Made by a program: the position numbers and the translations under genes. 64,000 nucleotides of DNA, from assembly GCA_046351615.1 (NCBI GenBank), contig JAXLYF010000011.1, forward strand, positions 74,882 through 138,881. The letters are read 5' to 3'. This DNA comes from Polyangia bacterium (GTDB taxonomy: Bacteria > Myxococcota_A > Polyangia > Palsa-1104 > JAEUJZ01). The notes beneath the pieces are model-generated. The model saw nothing but the letters and a program-made list of their open reading frames with translations. It made no database searches and was not told the origin of the DNA. Each line of letters begins with the position of its first letter. The stretch's first letter is position 1. Below, in pieces: positions 1 through 8,929 of this stretch.

Positions 1-793
1 ACGAGCCCGTCGTCTGAACATTGACGGCGAACCCGTGACCATGCATGCACGTTCCTGAGACGCCACCAACGATGGGATTGATGTCGATCCGCCCTTTTTC
101 TTCAGCGACGGGTCCGTGATCGCGCAGGATCGCAAACAGATCTTTGGGACCGCTCGCCAGCATCGCGCGTCCTTGGGTCCGAGGCTGACGCAGTCGACAG
201 CGTGACGCCCAGGTTCGCAGCTTGTCACTGTGCGCTTCAGCAAAGCCGGGAATCGTCAGGCCGTTGGAAATGCTGCGGGCATCGAGCACTTCTTCGATGG
301 CGTGGTGGGGTCCAGCGGTTTCCAGGACGAAGGCGCGACGACGGTCCGCGACGATGAAGCTGCTGAAGTAGCGAAAGACGCTGCCGTGACGGTCGCAGTC
401 GCCGCCTTGACCAAACTGCGCCATTAGGTCGAGCATCACCTCGATGGCTTCCGACGCAGAGCTTGCTCGCTCGCAGCCAAGGCGCAGCAGATCCATGCCC
501 GTCAGCCCCAGTCGAGGAACGCGATGCTGCGTAAACACGGCCTCGTTGCCGATGGTGACACCGTGTTCATTGGTCGCCATCTCTGCGCCCCACATCCACG
601 ATGGACGCGACATCATCACCGCGTGCGTTCGTCGCGCCTGTGGAATCCGCAGGTGCGTACATGTGACGAAGCTTCCCGGCGGATGCTCGCGCGCGGGCTG
701 CCAGTCGATGATCTGCGCTTCATCAGGCGGACGATCCGAGTTCTTCGCGAACAGCACGCAGTGTGGCTGCACGACGACGAGCGTGTCACACAT
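1..793 (-). CDS. Peptidase C69 / secernin-like Ntn-hydrolase dipeptidase; the C-terminal part runs off the window start
   Basis: Minus strand from ATG (complement of 791-793) translates MCDTLVVVQPHCVLFAKNSDRPPDEAQ...GAEMATNEHGVTIGNEAVFT. The Met-Cys start, NSDR and NEHGV motifs are typical of C69/secernin N-terminal-nucleophile peptidases. The frame stays open to position 1; it is absent from the ORF track because there is no stop in the window. Confidence 0.55.
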   Translation of the reverse strand, partial: MCDTLVVVQPHCVLFAKNSDRPPDEAQIIDWQPAREHPPGSFVTCTHLRIPQARRTHAVMMSRPSWMWGAEMATNEHGVTIGNEAVFTQHRVPRLGLTGMDLLRLGCERASSASEAIEVMLDLMAQFGQGGDCDRHGSVFRYFSSFIVADRRRAFVLETAGPHHAIEEVLDARSISNGLTIPGFAEAHSDKLRTWASRCRLRQPRTQGRAMLASGPKDLFAILRDHGPVAEEKGRIDINPIVGGVSGTCMHGHGFAVNVQTTGS

Positions 794-841
794 GTTCTAG
801 CGTTCCCCTTTGGCTGCTCTCCGATTATGCTCGCCGCTCGC

Positions 842-1945
842 ATGAAACCAAAGCTACGTGCCATGGTCTTGGGCGCGACAGGAGTTGCTGGGCAACAGTT
901 CGTCGCTGCCTTGAGTGGTCATCCCTGGTTTGCCCTGGCTCGCGTCTGTGCATCGGAACGATCCGCCGGTCGCAGCTACGGTCAGGCCCTTCGCGATGAG
1001 CGAGGCAGCCTGCGCTGGTACGCCGGTGGTGAGCCTCCGCCTGAGTCGCTCGACCTGCCGGTGATCGCCGCCAAAGATGCAACCACCGACGGAATTGATG
1101 TCGTTTTTTCAGCGGTGGAAAGCGACGCAGCCAAAGAGCTAGAGCCCAAGTTCGCCGCCACCGTTCCGGTCTTTTCGACGGCCAGTGCGTTTCGGTACGA
1201 GCCCGATGTCCCGATTCTGCTTCCCGGCGTGAACCGCGATCATGCCAAGCTGATTCGAACCCAGCAGCAGCGACGGGGATTTGCGGGCTTTATCGCGCCA
1301 GGTCCAAACTGTACCACCGTCGGTCTTGCCATGACGCTGGCTCCGATTCGCGCGGCGTTTGGGCTGCGTCGTGTCGTGATGACGTCGCTGCAAGCGGTAT
1401 CCGGGGCAGGGCGATCACCGGGCGTGGCGGCGCTCGATATCGTCGACAACATCATCCCGTACATTCCCGGTGAAGAAGAAAAGGTCGAGCGAGAGACGCG
1501 CAAGATCTTGGGAGCGTGCCTCGGGGATTCTGACGCAGCGCTCGCGATTTCACCGCTGGATGTCGCGGTCAGCTGTACCTGCACCAGGGTTGCTGTGCTC
1601 GATGGACACACCGAAGCGGTGTTTTGCGAAACCGAGCGTCCCGCGTCCCTCGGCGATGTCAAGGCCGCGCTGCTGTCGTTTGGAAGCGAGCTTCGGGCAC
1701 TGAACCTCCCGTCGCTCCCAGCGCAGCTGATTGCGGTGACCGATGATCCGTTTCGTCCTCAGCCGCGCCTTGATCGCGATCACGGACAGGGAATGACCAC
1801 GGTGGTGGGCCGCTTGCGAGAAGAGCGAGCCCTGGGTCCACACGGCGTGAAGTACGTTTTGCTGTCTCACAACACCAAGATGGGGGCCGCACAGGGGGCC
1901 TTGCTGACCGCTGAGCAGCTCTTGGTCGATGGCTACTTTCGCTAA
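842..1945 (+). CDS. asd: Aspartate-semialdehyde dehydrogenase
   Basis: Internal ATG of ORF 524..1945 gives MKPKLRAMVLGATGVAGQQFVAAL, an NAD-binding GATG motif, and an ASADH-like C-terminus ending at the TAA at 1943-1945. Sequence upstream of 842 in the ORF track reads as non-coding read-through. Confidence 0.8.
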   Translation: MKPKLRAMVLGATGVAGQQFVAALSGHPWFALARVCASERSAGRSYGQALRDERGSLRWYAGGEPPPESLDLPVIAAKDATTDGIDVVFSAVESDAAKELEPKFAATVPVFSTASAFRYEPDVPILLPGVNRDHAKLIRTQQQRRGFAGFIAPGPNCTTVGLAMTLAPIRAAFGLRRVVMTSLQAVSGAGRSPGVAALDIVDNIIPYIPGEEEKVERETRKILGACLGDSDAALAISPLDVAVSCTCTRVAVLDGHTEAVFCETERPASLGDVKAALLSFGSELRALNLPSLPAQLIAVTDDPFRPQPRLDRDHGQGMTTVVGRLREERALGPHGVKYVLLSHNTKMGAAQGALLTAEQLLVDGYFR

Positions 1946-2302
1946 ACACCGTCTGTGACATCGCATTTGCGATCGGCACGCTGTGGCACCGATCGCGAAT
2001 CGATGCAGCGCTAGGTTCTCTCAGCGGCCCGTGTGCCGCGCTGACGTTGGGAAGTCCGGGGCCCAAAAAACGGGTTTCACGTTGACTTTATTCCCCAGTC
2101 CTTGTGGAATGCCTCATTAGTACACTGTTGTGCGAAATGTCGCTTCCGTCCCCAAACCACCTGTTTCAGCTGCTTCCGCTTCGGCGATTTGTCGTCGGGG
2201 GAAGTCGTGTGCGTGGCGGAACGACATGGATCTCACGGTTTTCCAGATTTGGCGCCGGGGCCTGCAATCCCGGTGTGGTCGTCGTGAAGGAGCTTCGAGC
2301 CG

Positions 2303-3610
2303 ATGAAGAAGCGTAAAAAGTCACTGTTTCTTGGTGCCGTCGCGAGCCTGATGTTGCTTGGGGCTTGCAATGACTTTCTGACGGGTCAGGACGGCGAGCC
2401 CACGGGCCCGCTGAAGGTCGTGCGGCTGACCCTGATTGACTTCGGTCTGAACACGGGCCATTTGGTCTTCACTGATACCAGCGTGCCGTCTGACTGTACG
2501 CTGGCCCAGTACAAAGACCTGAAGCAGTGTACGAGTGACCCCTTCATGGACACCTATGGTGTCAAGAAGAGCCCGCCCAATCCGGACTCGCTGCGTCGTC
2601 TGCGTGTGGTGTTCAACAAGCCACCGCTGCTGGACCTGGATGCACCGAGCCGTGGTCTGAACTCGACGGAGCTTGAGCTGGTTCCCGAGTCGGGCGTTCC
2701 GACGGATCTGATGCTCGTCGACCAGAAGGTGATTGGCCTGTCGTGCACGAACTGCTCGACGGATGCTGGCGCGGTTGGTATTCCGCTGACCTATAACAGC
2801 TTGCAGCTGACGGGCTCGGACCTGAGCCCCGATCCATCGCAGTTTCCGTACGGACCTGGCCTGCAGATGGAAGTGCTGACGAGCTGCACGAGCGCCGCCA
2901 ACAAGTTCAAGTGCGACAAGATTGGTCTGACCTCGAAGAACGTGGATCCGCTGGCCGCACTGGAGCCGGACTCGAGCTACACCGTGACCCTGTCGAAGGG
3001 TCTGTCGGGACGTGACAAAGAGCGAATCCTCATCGACGATCACGCGACGGCGCTTTTGTCGTTCCGTACCGAGCCGCTGCAGATCAACACGGTGGGCAAT
3101 GGCGACGGTGAGCACGGTGCAGAAGTGCGTGGTGGGGAAAGCGGCACGGGAACGGCTAGCGATCCGTATGTGGTTGCAGATGCGCTGATTCCGCTCGATG
3201 GCGCGCTTGAGATCGGGACGAATGCTCCGATTGACTACAGCCGCTTGAATGGCACGTCGGCGACGGCGGAAGTTTCGATAAACGGTGGCGCACCCAAGGC
3301 GGTCGCTGTGACCGTCAGCCCGAACGTCGATGGCGACTGTGGCAACTTGCGCTCGATTTACGTTGCGCCTGCGGCTGGTGCGAACTGGGCAACTCCGACG
3401 AACCCGATGACCGATGAGGTTGTCGTGACCGTGACGCTCAAGGGCGCGGCGGTGTACGACCTGAGCCAGGTCAAGGGACACCCAATCGGCAAGGGCATTC
3501 ACACGATGGGCAAGGACCTCGTGATTCGCGCCAAGTTGCTCAAGGGATCAGCGGCGACGGACTACGCCGGTGCTCTGTCGAGCGCAATCCAAGATCCCAA
3601 CAACTGCTAG
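2303..3610 (+). CDS. Lipoprotein of unknown function (signal peptide with LLGAC lipobox)
   Basis: MKKRKKSLFLGAVASLMLLGACNDF has a typical lipobox. A 24-bp gap separates it from the Oar-like receptor gene, so the two are probably co-transcribed. Confidence 0.65.
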   Translation: MKKRKKSLFLGAVASLMLLGACNDFLTGQDGEPTGPLKVVRLTLIDFGLNTGHLVFTDTSVPSDCTLAQYKDLKQCTSDPFMDTYGVKKSPPNPDSLRRLRVVFNKPPLLDLDAPSRGLNSTELELVPESGVPTDLMLVDQKVIGLSCTNCSTDAGAVGIPLTYNSLQLTGSDLSPDPSQFPYGPGLQMEVLTSCTSAANKFKCDKIGLTSKNVDPLAALEPDSSYTVTLSKGLSGRDKERILIDDHATALLSFRTEPLQINTVGNGDGEHGAEVRGGESGTGTASDPYVVADALIPLDGALEIGTNAPIDYSRLNGTSATAEVSINGGAPKAVAVTVSPNVDGDCGNLRSIYVAPAAGANWATPTNPMTDEVVVTVTLKGAAVYDLSQVKGHPIGKGIHTMGKDLVIRAKLLKGSAATDYAGALSSAIQDPNNC

Positions 3611-3634
3611 TACGACCCGCCAGGAGTTTGAACG

Positions 3635-6600
3635 ATGCGACGAAAGAATTCGAAGAACCAGGGACGGGCCGCTGTTGTGCTGCGCGCCAAGCTGCTTCCC
3701 TGGTTGCTGGTGCTTCCGGGGGCGTACCTTGCACCGCAGGCTGCTCTCGCCCAGCAGACGCTGGCCCAGATTCAGGGCACGGTAAAAGACGAAAACGGCA
3801 AGCCGCTGGCGGGCGTGACCGTCGTTGTGCAGAGCCCGGCTCTGCAAGGTGAGCAGGCCGAAATCACCGACAACAACGGTCGATACATCATCACCCAGCT
3901 TCCGTCGGGCGATGACTACAAGGTCAGCTTCTTTTTCGGTTCGGATGACAAGCCCCGCGTCGAGCGTCCCGGCATTCGTCTGAGCCTCGGCAAGACCATT
4001 ACGGTCAACGGTGAGATCAACCTCAGCTCGACCAAGCGAGAGGTGAAGGTCATTCGCGAGTCGGCTCCTGTCGTCGATACCGCGAGCACCTCGACCGGCG
4101 TGGAAGTGAACCAGGAAGTTCTTCGTGCGACGCCAGTTCGTGGTCGTACGTTCGAGTCGGTGCTGACGCTGGCTCCTGGTACGTCGGATGTGGCCGGTAA
4201 GACGGGCGCTGCCGGTGGCGACGTTGGTGTGCAGATCTCGGGCTCGACGGGCAGCGAGAACAACTACATCATCGACGGTCTCAACACCTCGGACCCGAAC
4301 AAGGGTCTGATTGGCACCGAGCTTTCGCAGTACTTCATTCAAGAAGTCAACGTCATCACCGGTGGTTACCAGGCCGAATACGGTCGCGCGACCGGTGGTG
4401 TCGTCAACATCGCGACGAAGACCGGCGGTAACGAGTTCAAGGGCTCGGTGTTCGGTTCGTTCCAGCCATTCCAGCTGGAGCCGCGTGGCGTTGCTCGTCT
4501 GGGCGAAGCGCTGATTACGCGCTCGCGGACGAACCTGCTCTACGACTTCGGCTTCGAGCTGGGTGGACCCATCGTCAAGGACAAGATCTGGTTCTACCTG
4601 GGCTTTGCGCCGACGTTTAAGGAGTTCTTGTACCAGCGCAATGCGCGCTCGCTGACGTTTAATTCAGCGACGGGAAGTGCCCTGATCGATGCGGACTTCC
4701 AGTGCCCGAGCTACCTGGCCAACTCGTCGCTGTGTGACGGGCCTCGTACGCTGGCACTGCGCACCGACGAAATCGCGTACGGTCAGGAAGCGGGCGGCAT
4801 TGAGCGGCTCTACAACGGCATCGCCAAGCTGCAGTTCAACCTGAACCCGGACCACAACATCCAGCTGACCTATATCGCTTCGCCGAAGATCACGGACGAC
4901 TATGCGGCCATCCGCGCGGTCGATCTGGGCTCGCAGCGGTTCAATCAGAAGGATCAAGTCCACGACGCGATCTTCCACTACATCGGCAAGCTGTTTGACC
5001 GGAAGCTCCAGCTCGACGTCCTGTACGGTTATCACTACCAGGCTTCGACGCAGACCCCAGAGCAGCCGAACCTGCCGAGCATCGCGTGGGCCGCAGCGCA
5101 GACCGATCCGTTTACGCTGGCTGACTTTGAAGATGTCGGTGCCTGCCGTCGCTCGATGCGAACCGATGCGATGGGCCGCATGGTCAACTTCAACCCATGC
5201 CCGCTCACCGCTTATACGCGCGGTTACGGTGGCTACTCGGACAGCCTGCTGCAGCGTCATCAGCTGATTGCTTCGGCGACGTACTTTCTGCACATGACCT
5301 CGGCGTGGAACCCGCTGCGCGGTATTCACGCACTCAAGGTCGGCTTCGAGTTCGAGTACCTCGACAGCTACAACAACCGCACCTACACCGGCTCTGACCT
5401 GGATCCGAACGATCCGGCGAGCGGTCACCGTGCGTACAGCCAGCAGCCCGACGGCTCCATCCAGATCACCCGCGAGTACGCTCGTCAGAACCTGGAAACC
5501 AAGGAAATCGAGCACCTCAACAACTTCGAGGGTCGCAGCTACACGCAGAACTTCTCTGCCTACCTGCGCGACTCGTGGTCGATTGGCTGGGCGCCGGGTC
5601 TGGTGCTCAACGCCGGTGTGCGCTGGGAAGGTCAGGAACTGTACGGCGCGGACGGCAAGCGCTACATCGACATCAAGGACAACTGGGCGCCGCGTATCGG
5701 TCTTGTCTACGACTTTACGCAGCTGACGTCGCGTCCTGGCCGTTCGAAGGTGTTCTTCAACTACGGTCGGTTCTACCAGTCGATTCCGCTCAACATCAAC
5801 GACCGCCAGCTGACCGCCGAGGGTATCTACTCGTCGGGCTTTGTGCCGGGCGCAAACTGCTCGCCTGTCACGCTACAGCCGGGTGGTCGTGCGGTTCCGG
5901 TTCCGTCGGCAGGCTGCCAGTTCCTGGCGGCAGACGGTGGTGTTGTGAACGGTGGTCGTGCGCCGCTCATCTCGCCGGTCATCCAGGGCCAGTACATCAA
6001 CGAGATCACGCTCGGTATGAACTACGACGTGGGTCTCGATATCGTCCTCGGCATCAGCTACATCCACCGCGACCTTGGCAACATCGTCGAGGATATGTCG
6101 CCGGACGGTGGCTCGACCTACCTGCTCGCGAACCCCGGCGTGCCGAGCGATCCGAACGTCGTCAAGCAGCTTCAGGACGAAGTGGAGCGACTCAAGCCAG
6201 CCGGTACCGCAGGCAATGCGAAGGTTGCGGATCAGCTTGCGTACCAGGATGCGGTCGCGCTGCTCTCTGCGTATAAGCTCGTCGGCGCGGTGTTCCCGAA
6301 GGCCCGCCGCAACTACGACGCCCTGGTGCTGACGCTCAACAAGCGTCTGTCGAACCGCTTCTCGATCATCTCGAGCTACACCTACTCGCGTACCCTCGGT
6401 AACTACCCGGGAACCTTCTCTGCGTCGAACGGCCAGAGCGATCCGAACATCTCGTCGCAGTTTGACTTGATCGACCTGCTCGCGAACCGCAACGGACCGC
6501 TTCCCACCGACCGTCCGCACAACTTCAAGGCGACGGCGTTCTATGACCAGCCGCTCTTTGGCGACAAAGGCAAGCTGACCATCGGTCTGACCTTCACCGC

Positions 6601-6988
6601 CACGAGCGGTCGTCCGATCGAAGTCCTCGGTCGTCACCCGTACTACGGTCGTCGTGAAGTCTACATCCTGCCGCGTGGATCGGGCGGTCGTACCCCGACG
6701 GTGACGCAGTTCGACTTGCACATCGGCTACGATCACAAGCTGACCCAGACGGTGGCGATGAACCTGTTTGTGGACGTGGTCAACCTGTTCAATCAGCGCG
6801 AAGTCGTCAACGTCGATGACGAGTTCACCGCCACCACGGTGTCGCCGATCGTGAACGGCCAGGTCGCGGACCTCAAGCACCTGAAGGCCAACAACGGTAC
6901 GCTGCCGACGTTCAACTCGAACTACGGCCAGCCGACCGGCTACCAGCTGCCGCTGTTTATGCGCTTTGGCTGGCGCCTGACCTTCTAG
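3635..6988 (+). CDS. TonB-dependent receptor-like outer membrane protein with N-terminal carboxypeptidase-regulatory-like domain (Oar family)
   Basis: It has a signal peptide. The N-terminal GTVKDENGKPLAGVTVVV...TDNNGRYII matches a CarboxypepD_reg-like fold. It is 1117 aa with a plug/barrel-like composition and ends in an aromatic residue (WRLTF), as TonB-dependent barrels do. Confidence 0.75.
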   Translation: MRRKNSKNQGRAAVVLRAKLLPWLLVLPGAYLAPQAALAQQTLAQIQGTVKDENGKPLAGVTVVVQSPALQGEQAEITDNNGRYIITQLPSGDDYKVSFFFGSDDKPRVERPGIRLSLGKTITVNGEINLSSTKREVKVIRESAPVVDTASTSTGVEVNQEVLRATPVRGRTFESVLTLAPGTSDVAGKTGAAGGDVGVQISGSTGSENNYIIDGLNTSDPNKGLIGTELSQYFIQEVNVITGGYQAEYGRATGGVVNIATKTGGNEFKGSVFGSFQPFQLEPRGVARLGEALITRSRTNLLYDFGFELGGPIVKDKIWFYLGFAPTFKEFLYQRNARSLTFNSATGSALIDADFQCPSYLANSSLCDGPRTLALRTDEIAYGQEAGGIERLYNGIAKLQFNLNPDHNIQLTYIASPKITDDYAAIRAVDLGSQRFNQKDQVHDAIFHYIGKLFDRKLQLDVLYGYHYQASTQTPEQPNLPSIAWAAAQTDPFTLADFEDVGACRRSMRTDAMGRMVNFNPCPLTAYTRGYGGYSDSLLQRHQLIASATYFLHMTSAWNPLRGIHALKVGFEFEYLDSYNNRTYTGSDLDPNDPASGHRAYSQQPDGSIQITREYARQNLETKEIEHLNNFEGRSYTQNFSAYLRDSWSIGWAPGLVLNAGVRWEGQELYGADGKRYIDIKDNWAPRIGLVYDFTQLTSRPGRSKVFFNYGRFYQSIPLNINDRQLTAEGIYSSGFVPGANCSPVTLQPGGRAVPVPSAGCQFLAADGGVVNGGRAPLISPVIQGQYINEITLGMNYDVGLDIVLGISYIHRDLGNIVEDMSPDGGSTYLLANPGVPSDPNVVKQLQDEVERLKPAGTAGNAKVADQLAYQDAVALLSAYKLVGAVFPKARRNYDALVLTLNKRLSNRFSIISSYTYSRTLGNYPGTFSASNGQSDPNISSQFDLIDLLANRNGPLPTDRPHNFKATAFYDQPLFGDKGKLTIGLTFTATSGRPIEVLGRHPYYGRREVYILPRGSGGRTPTVTQFDLHIGYDHKLTQTVAMNLFVDVVNLFNQREVVNVDDEFTATTVSPIVNGQVADLKHLKANNGTLPTFNSNYGQPTGYQLPLFMRFGWRLTF

Positions 6989-7126
6989 TTCGAATCCCTG
7001 CGGTGCGTTGCCGCAGGGTCGCTTCGCTTCCTTCCCGCTTCGATTCCTTCCCGCTTCGTCTCTTCCCCTTCATCGTTCATACAGACTGCGTCGCCTTCTG
7101 CGGAGAAGGTGCGCTACTGTACGCGC

Positions 7127-7546
7127 ATGAAGATCGTTCGAATCGACCACATTGCGCTGTGCGTGCCCGAGCTTGGCAGTGCCATTGCGTCGTGGCAGTC
7201 GGTGCTGCCGCTGCTGCTTGGCCCGCGTGAGTACGTTCCCACCCAGCTGACCGAGGCCGCGTTCCTTCTCACCCCTGCCGAAGCCGATGCCTGCGTCGAG
7301 CTGATCGCGCCGCTGCCTCGCGGTCAGAATGTCGGGCTGGAAAAGTTTCTGGAAAAGCGCGGTGGACTTCATCACATCGCGTTCGCGGTCGAAGACATTG
7401 CCGGGGCGCTGCGAGAGCTAGACGAGCGTGGCGTTCCGCTCATCGACAAGGTGCCGCGACCCGGTGCGCGCGGTCATCAGGTTGCGTTCCTACATCCCAA
7501 GGCGCTTGGTGGAACCTTGGTCGAGCTGGTCAGCGCCGACCATTAG
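7127..7546 (+). CDS. Methylmalonyl-CoA epimerase / glyoxalase-VOC family protein
   Basis: MKIVRIDHIALCVPELGSA...LHHIAFAVEDIAGALRELDERGVPLID is a paired beta-alpha-beta-beta-beta VOC signature with an epimerase-like spacing. Confidence 0.65.
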   Translation: MKIVRIDHIALCVPELGSAIASWQSVLPLLLGPREYVPTQLTEAAFLLTPAEADACVELIAPLPRGQNVGLEKFLEKRGGLHHIAFAVEDIAGALRELDERGVPLIDKVPRPGARGHQVAFLHPKALGGTLVELVSADH

Positions 7547-7754
7547 CCGAGACGGCTTGCCGCAGGTTCTGACTCGATACAAGGTGCGACAGCGGCTACC
7601 TGACGTGAAGGCTTCGCACCACTGTGCGCGATTGTCTGCGGAATCCCGATATCTGCATAGTGGTTAAGTCGAAACAGATCCGATAGCTGCATTGCGCTTC
7701 GCGGATGGATACCGCTCAAGATCCCTGCCGGAGCTTGTGCGTTATGATGGTGTC

Positions 7755-8162
7755 ATGAAGACCCTTCTCCGTGCGCTGTCGCTGTCCTTTTCGGTCGGCG
7801 CTCTCATTCTTCTGACCGGCCACGCGGCCTCTGATGGTGCGGGCTGTAGCTCGTCATCCGCTTCGAAAGAGCCGACCAAAGCGCTTCCCACGAGCGCACC
7901 GACCCAAGCGGCACCGGCTGCGACGCCTGCGACACCAGCGGCACCGGCTGCGACGCCTGCGACACCAGCGGCACCGGCTGCTCCGACGCCGCCAGCGAGC
8001 GCGCCCGGTGGGGACGCACCTTCCCCAAACCAGCTTGATCCACTCAACCGACCCGGTCCCGATCGTTTCATGGGCGCATCCAAGTCTGCGGCGGTCTTCA
8101 TTCGTCGACCAAGACCCGATGCGGGAGTGTCAGTCGGAGCCTCGCGCCCGAAGGCCAACTGA
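7755..8162 (+). CDS. Small secreted/lipoprotein-like Pro-Ala-rich protein with internal 30-bp tandem repeat
   Basis: MKTLLRALSLSFSVGALILLTGHAASDGAGCSS is a signal peptide with a Cys. This is followed by AAPAATPATP repeats encoded by a 30-bp DNA repeat at 7911..7982. The stop TGA overlaps the ATG of the next gene. Confidence 0.4.
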   Translation: MKTLLRALSLSFSVGALILLTGHAASDGAGCSSSSASKEPTKALPTSAPTQAAPAATPATPAAPAATPATPAAPAAPTPPASAPGGDAPSPNQLDPLNRPGPDRFMGASKSAAVFIRRPRPDAGVSVGASRPKAN

Positions 8163-8929
8163 TGGCTGCGCTCGCGTCGTTCTTTCAAGACTGGCTGATC
8201 GCGGCGCTTGGGAGCTTGGCCGTGCTCATCGCGGTGTTTGTGCCGCTGGAGCGTCTGTTTCCCGCCCGCAGTCAGTCGATCTTTCGTCCCGCGCTCGCCA
8301 CCGACCTGGCGTTTTTCTTTGGTCAGTATCTGCTGTGGAACGGGCTGTCGCTGCTCTTGCTACGGCTCATCAGCGTCTCCCTGTGGGGCGCGCTGTCAGT
8401 CCCATGGCCGATGGCGATGCAGTGTGTGGTCGCGGTGGTGCTGGGCGATGTGCTGGTCTACTTCTTTCATCGCGCTTGTCACGCTTCGTCGCTTCTGTGG
8501 CGCTTTCACTCGGTTCATCACTCCAGCGAGCACCTGGACTTTCTGGCCGCGCACCGAGAGCATCCAATCGACGGCATCCTGACGCAGCTTGCGCAGAACC
8601 TGCCAGCGATTGCGCTGGGCGTGTCTCCGCGCGTGCTGGCTGGACTGGCGGTCTTCCGTGGCATGTGGGCGATCTTCATTCACTCGAACATTCGCTTGCC
8701 ACTCGGACCGCTGGCCTATCTGCTCGGCTCGCCGCAGCATCACCACTATCACCACGCCAAAGGACATGGACGGAGCAACTTTGGCAACCTGGCACCGTGG
8801 CTGGATGTGGTGTTTGGGACCCACGAAACTGCGCCGAGCGACGACTATCCGCTCGGCATCGAAGGAGCGCCGACCCTGCGCTTTTGGACCGCGCTGTGGA
8901 CGCCGTTTGTCAGTGCTCGCAGAGGCTGA
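8162..8929 (+). CDS. Fatty acid hydroxylase / sterol desaturase superfamily membrane protein
   Basis: Histidine boxes HRACH, HSVHHS and HHHYHH sit in a multi-TM protein. Confidence 0.7.
   Translation: MAALASFFQDWLIAALGSLAVLIAVFVPLERLFPARSQSIFRPALATDLAFFFGQYLLWNGLSLLLLRLISVSLWGALSVPWPMAMQCVVAVVLGDVLVYFFHRACHASSLLWRFHSVHHSSEHLDFLAAHREHPIDGILTQLAQNLPAIALGVSPRVLAGLAVFRGMWAIFIHSNIRLPLGPLAYLLGSPQHHHYHHAKGHGRSNFGNLAPWLDVVFGTHETAPSDDYPLGIEGAPTLRFWTALWTPFVSARRG

Noticed and set aside
1963-2018. Imperfect inverted repeat after asd (GACATCGCATTTGCGATCG ... CGATCGCGAATCGATGC) as a Rho-independent terminator
   Set aside because: The stem has several mismatches and there is no downstream T-tract. It cannot be called without folding energy.
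2250-2266. Possible sigma-54 promoter TGGCGCcggggccTGCA upstream of the lipoprotein/Oar operon
   Set aside because: The GG...GC spacing is off by one nucleotide relative to the strict TGGCAC-N5-TTGCA geometry. Without a computed PWM score it is not supportable.
2321-6880. Long antisense ORFs inside the lipoprotein and Oar-like genes (2321..3502 -, 3548..4342 -, 4664..5515 -, 5873..6880 -), and similar ones inside czcA (53314..54339 -, 54757..55992 -)
   Set aside because: They are typical stop-codon-poor antisense frames of GC-rich DNA. Translations are Arg/Ala/His-rich low-complexity with no motifs, whereas the sense strand encodes well-formed proteins.
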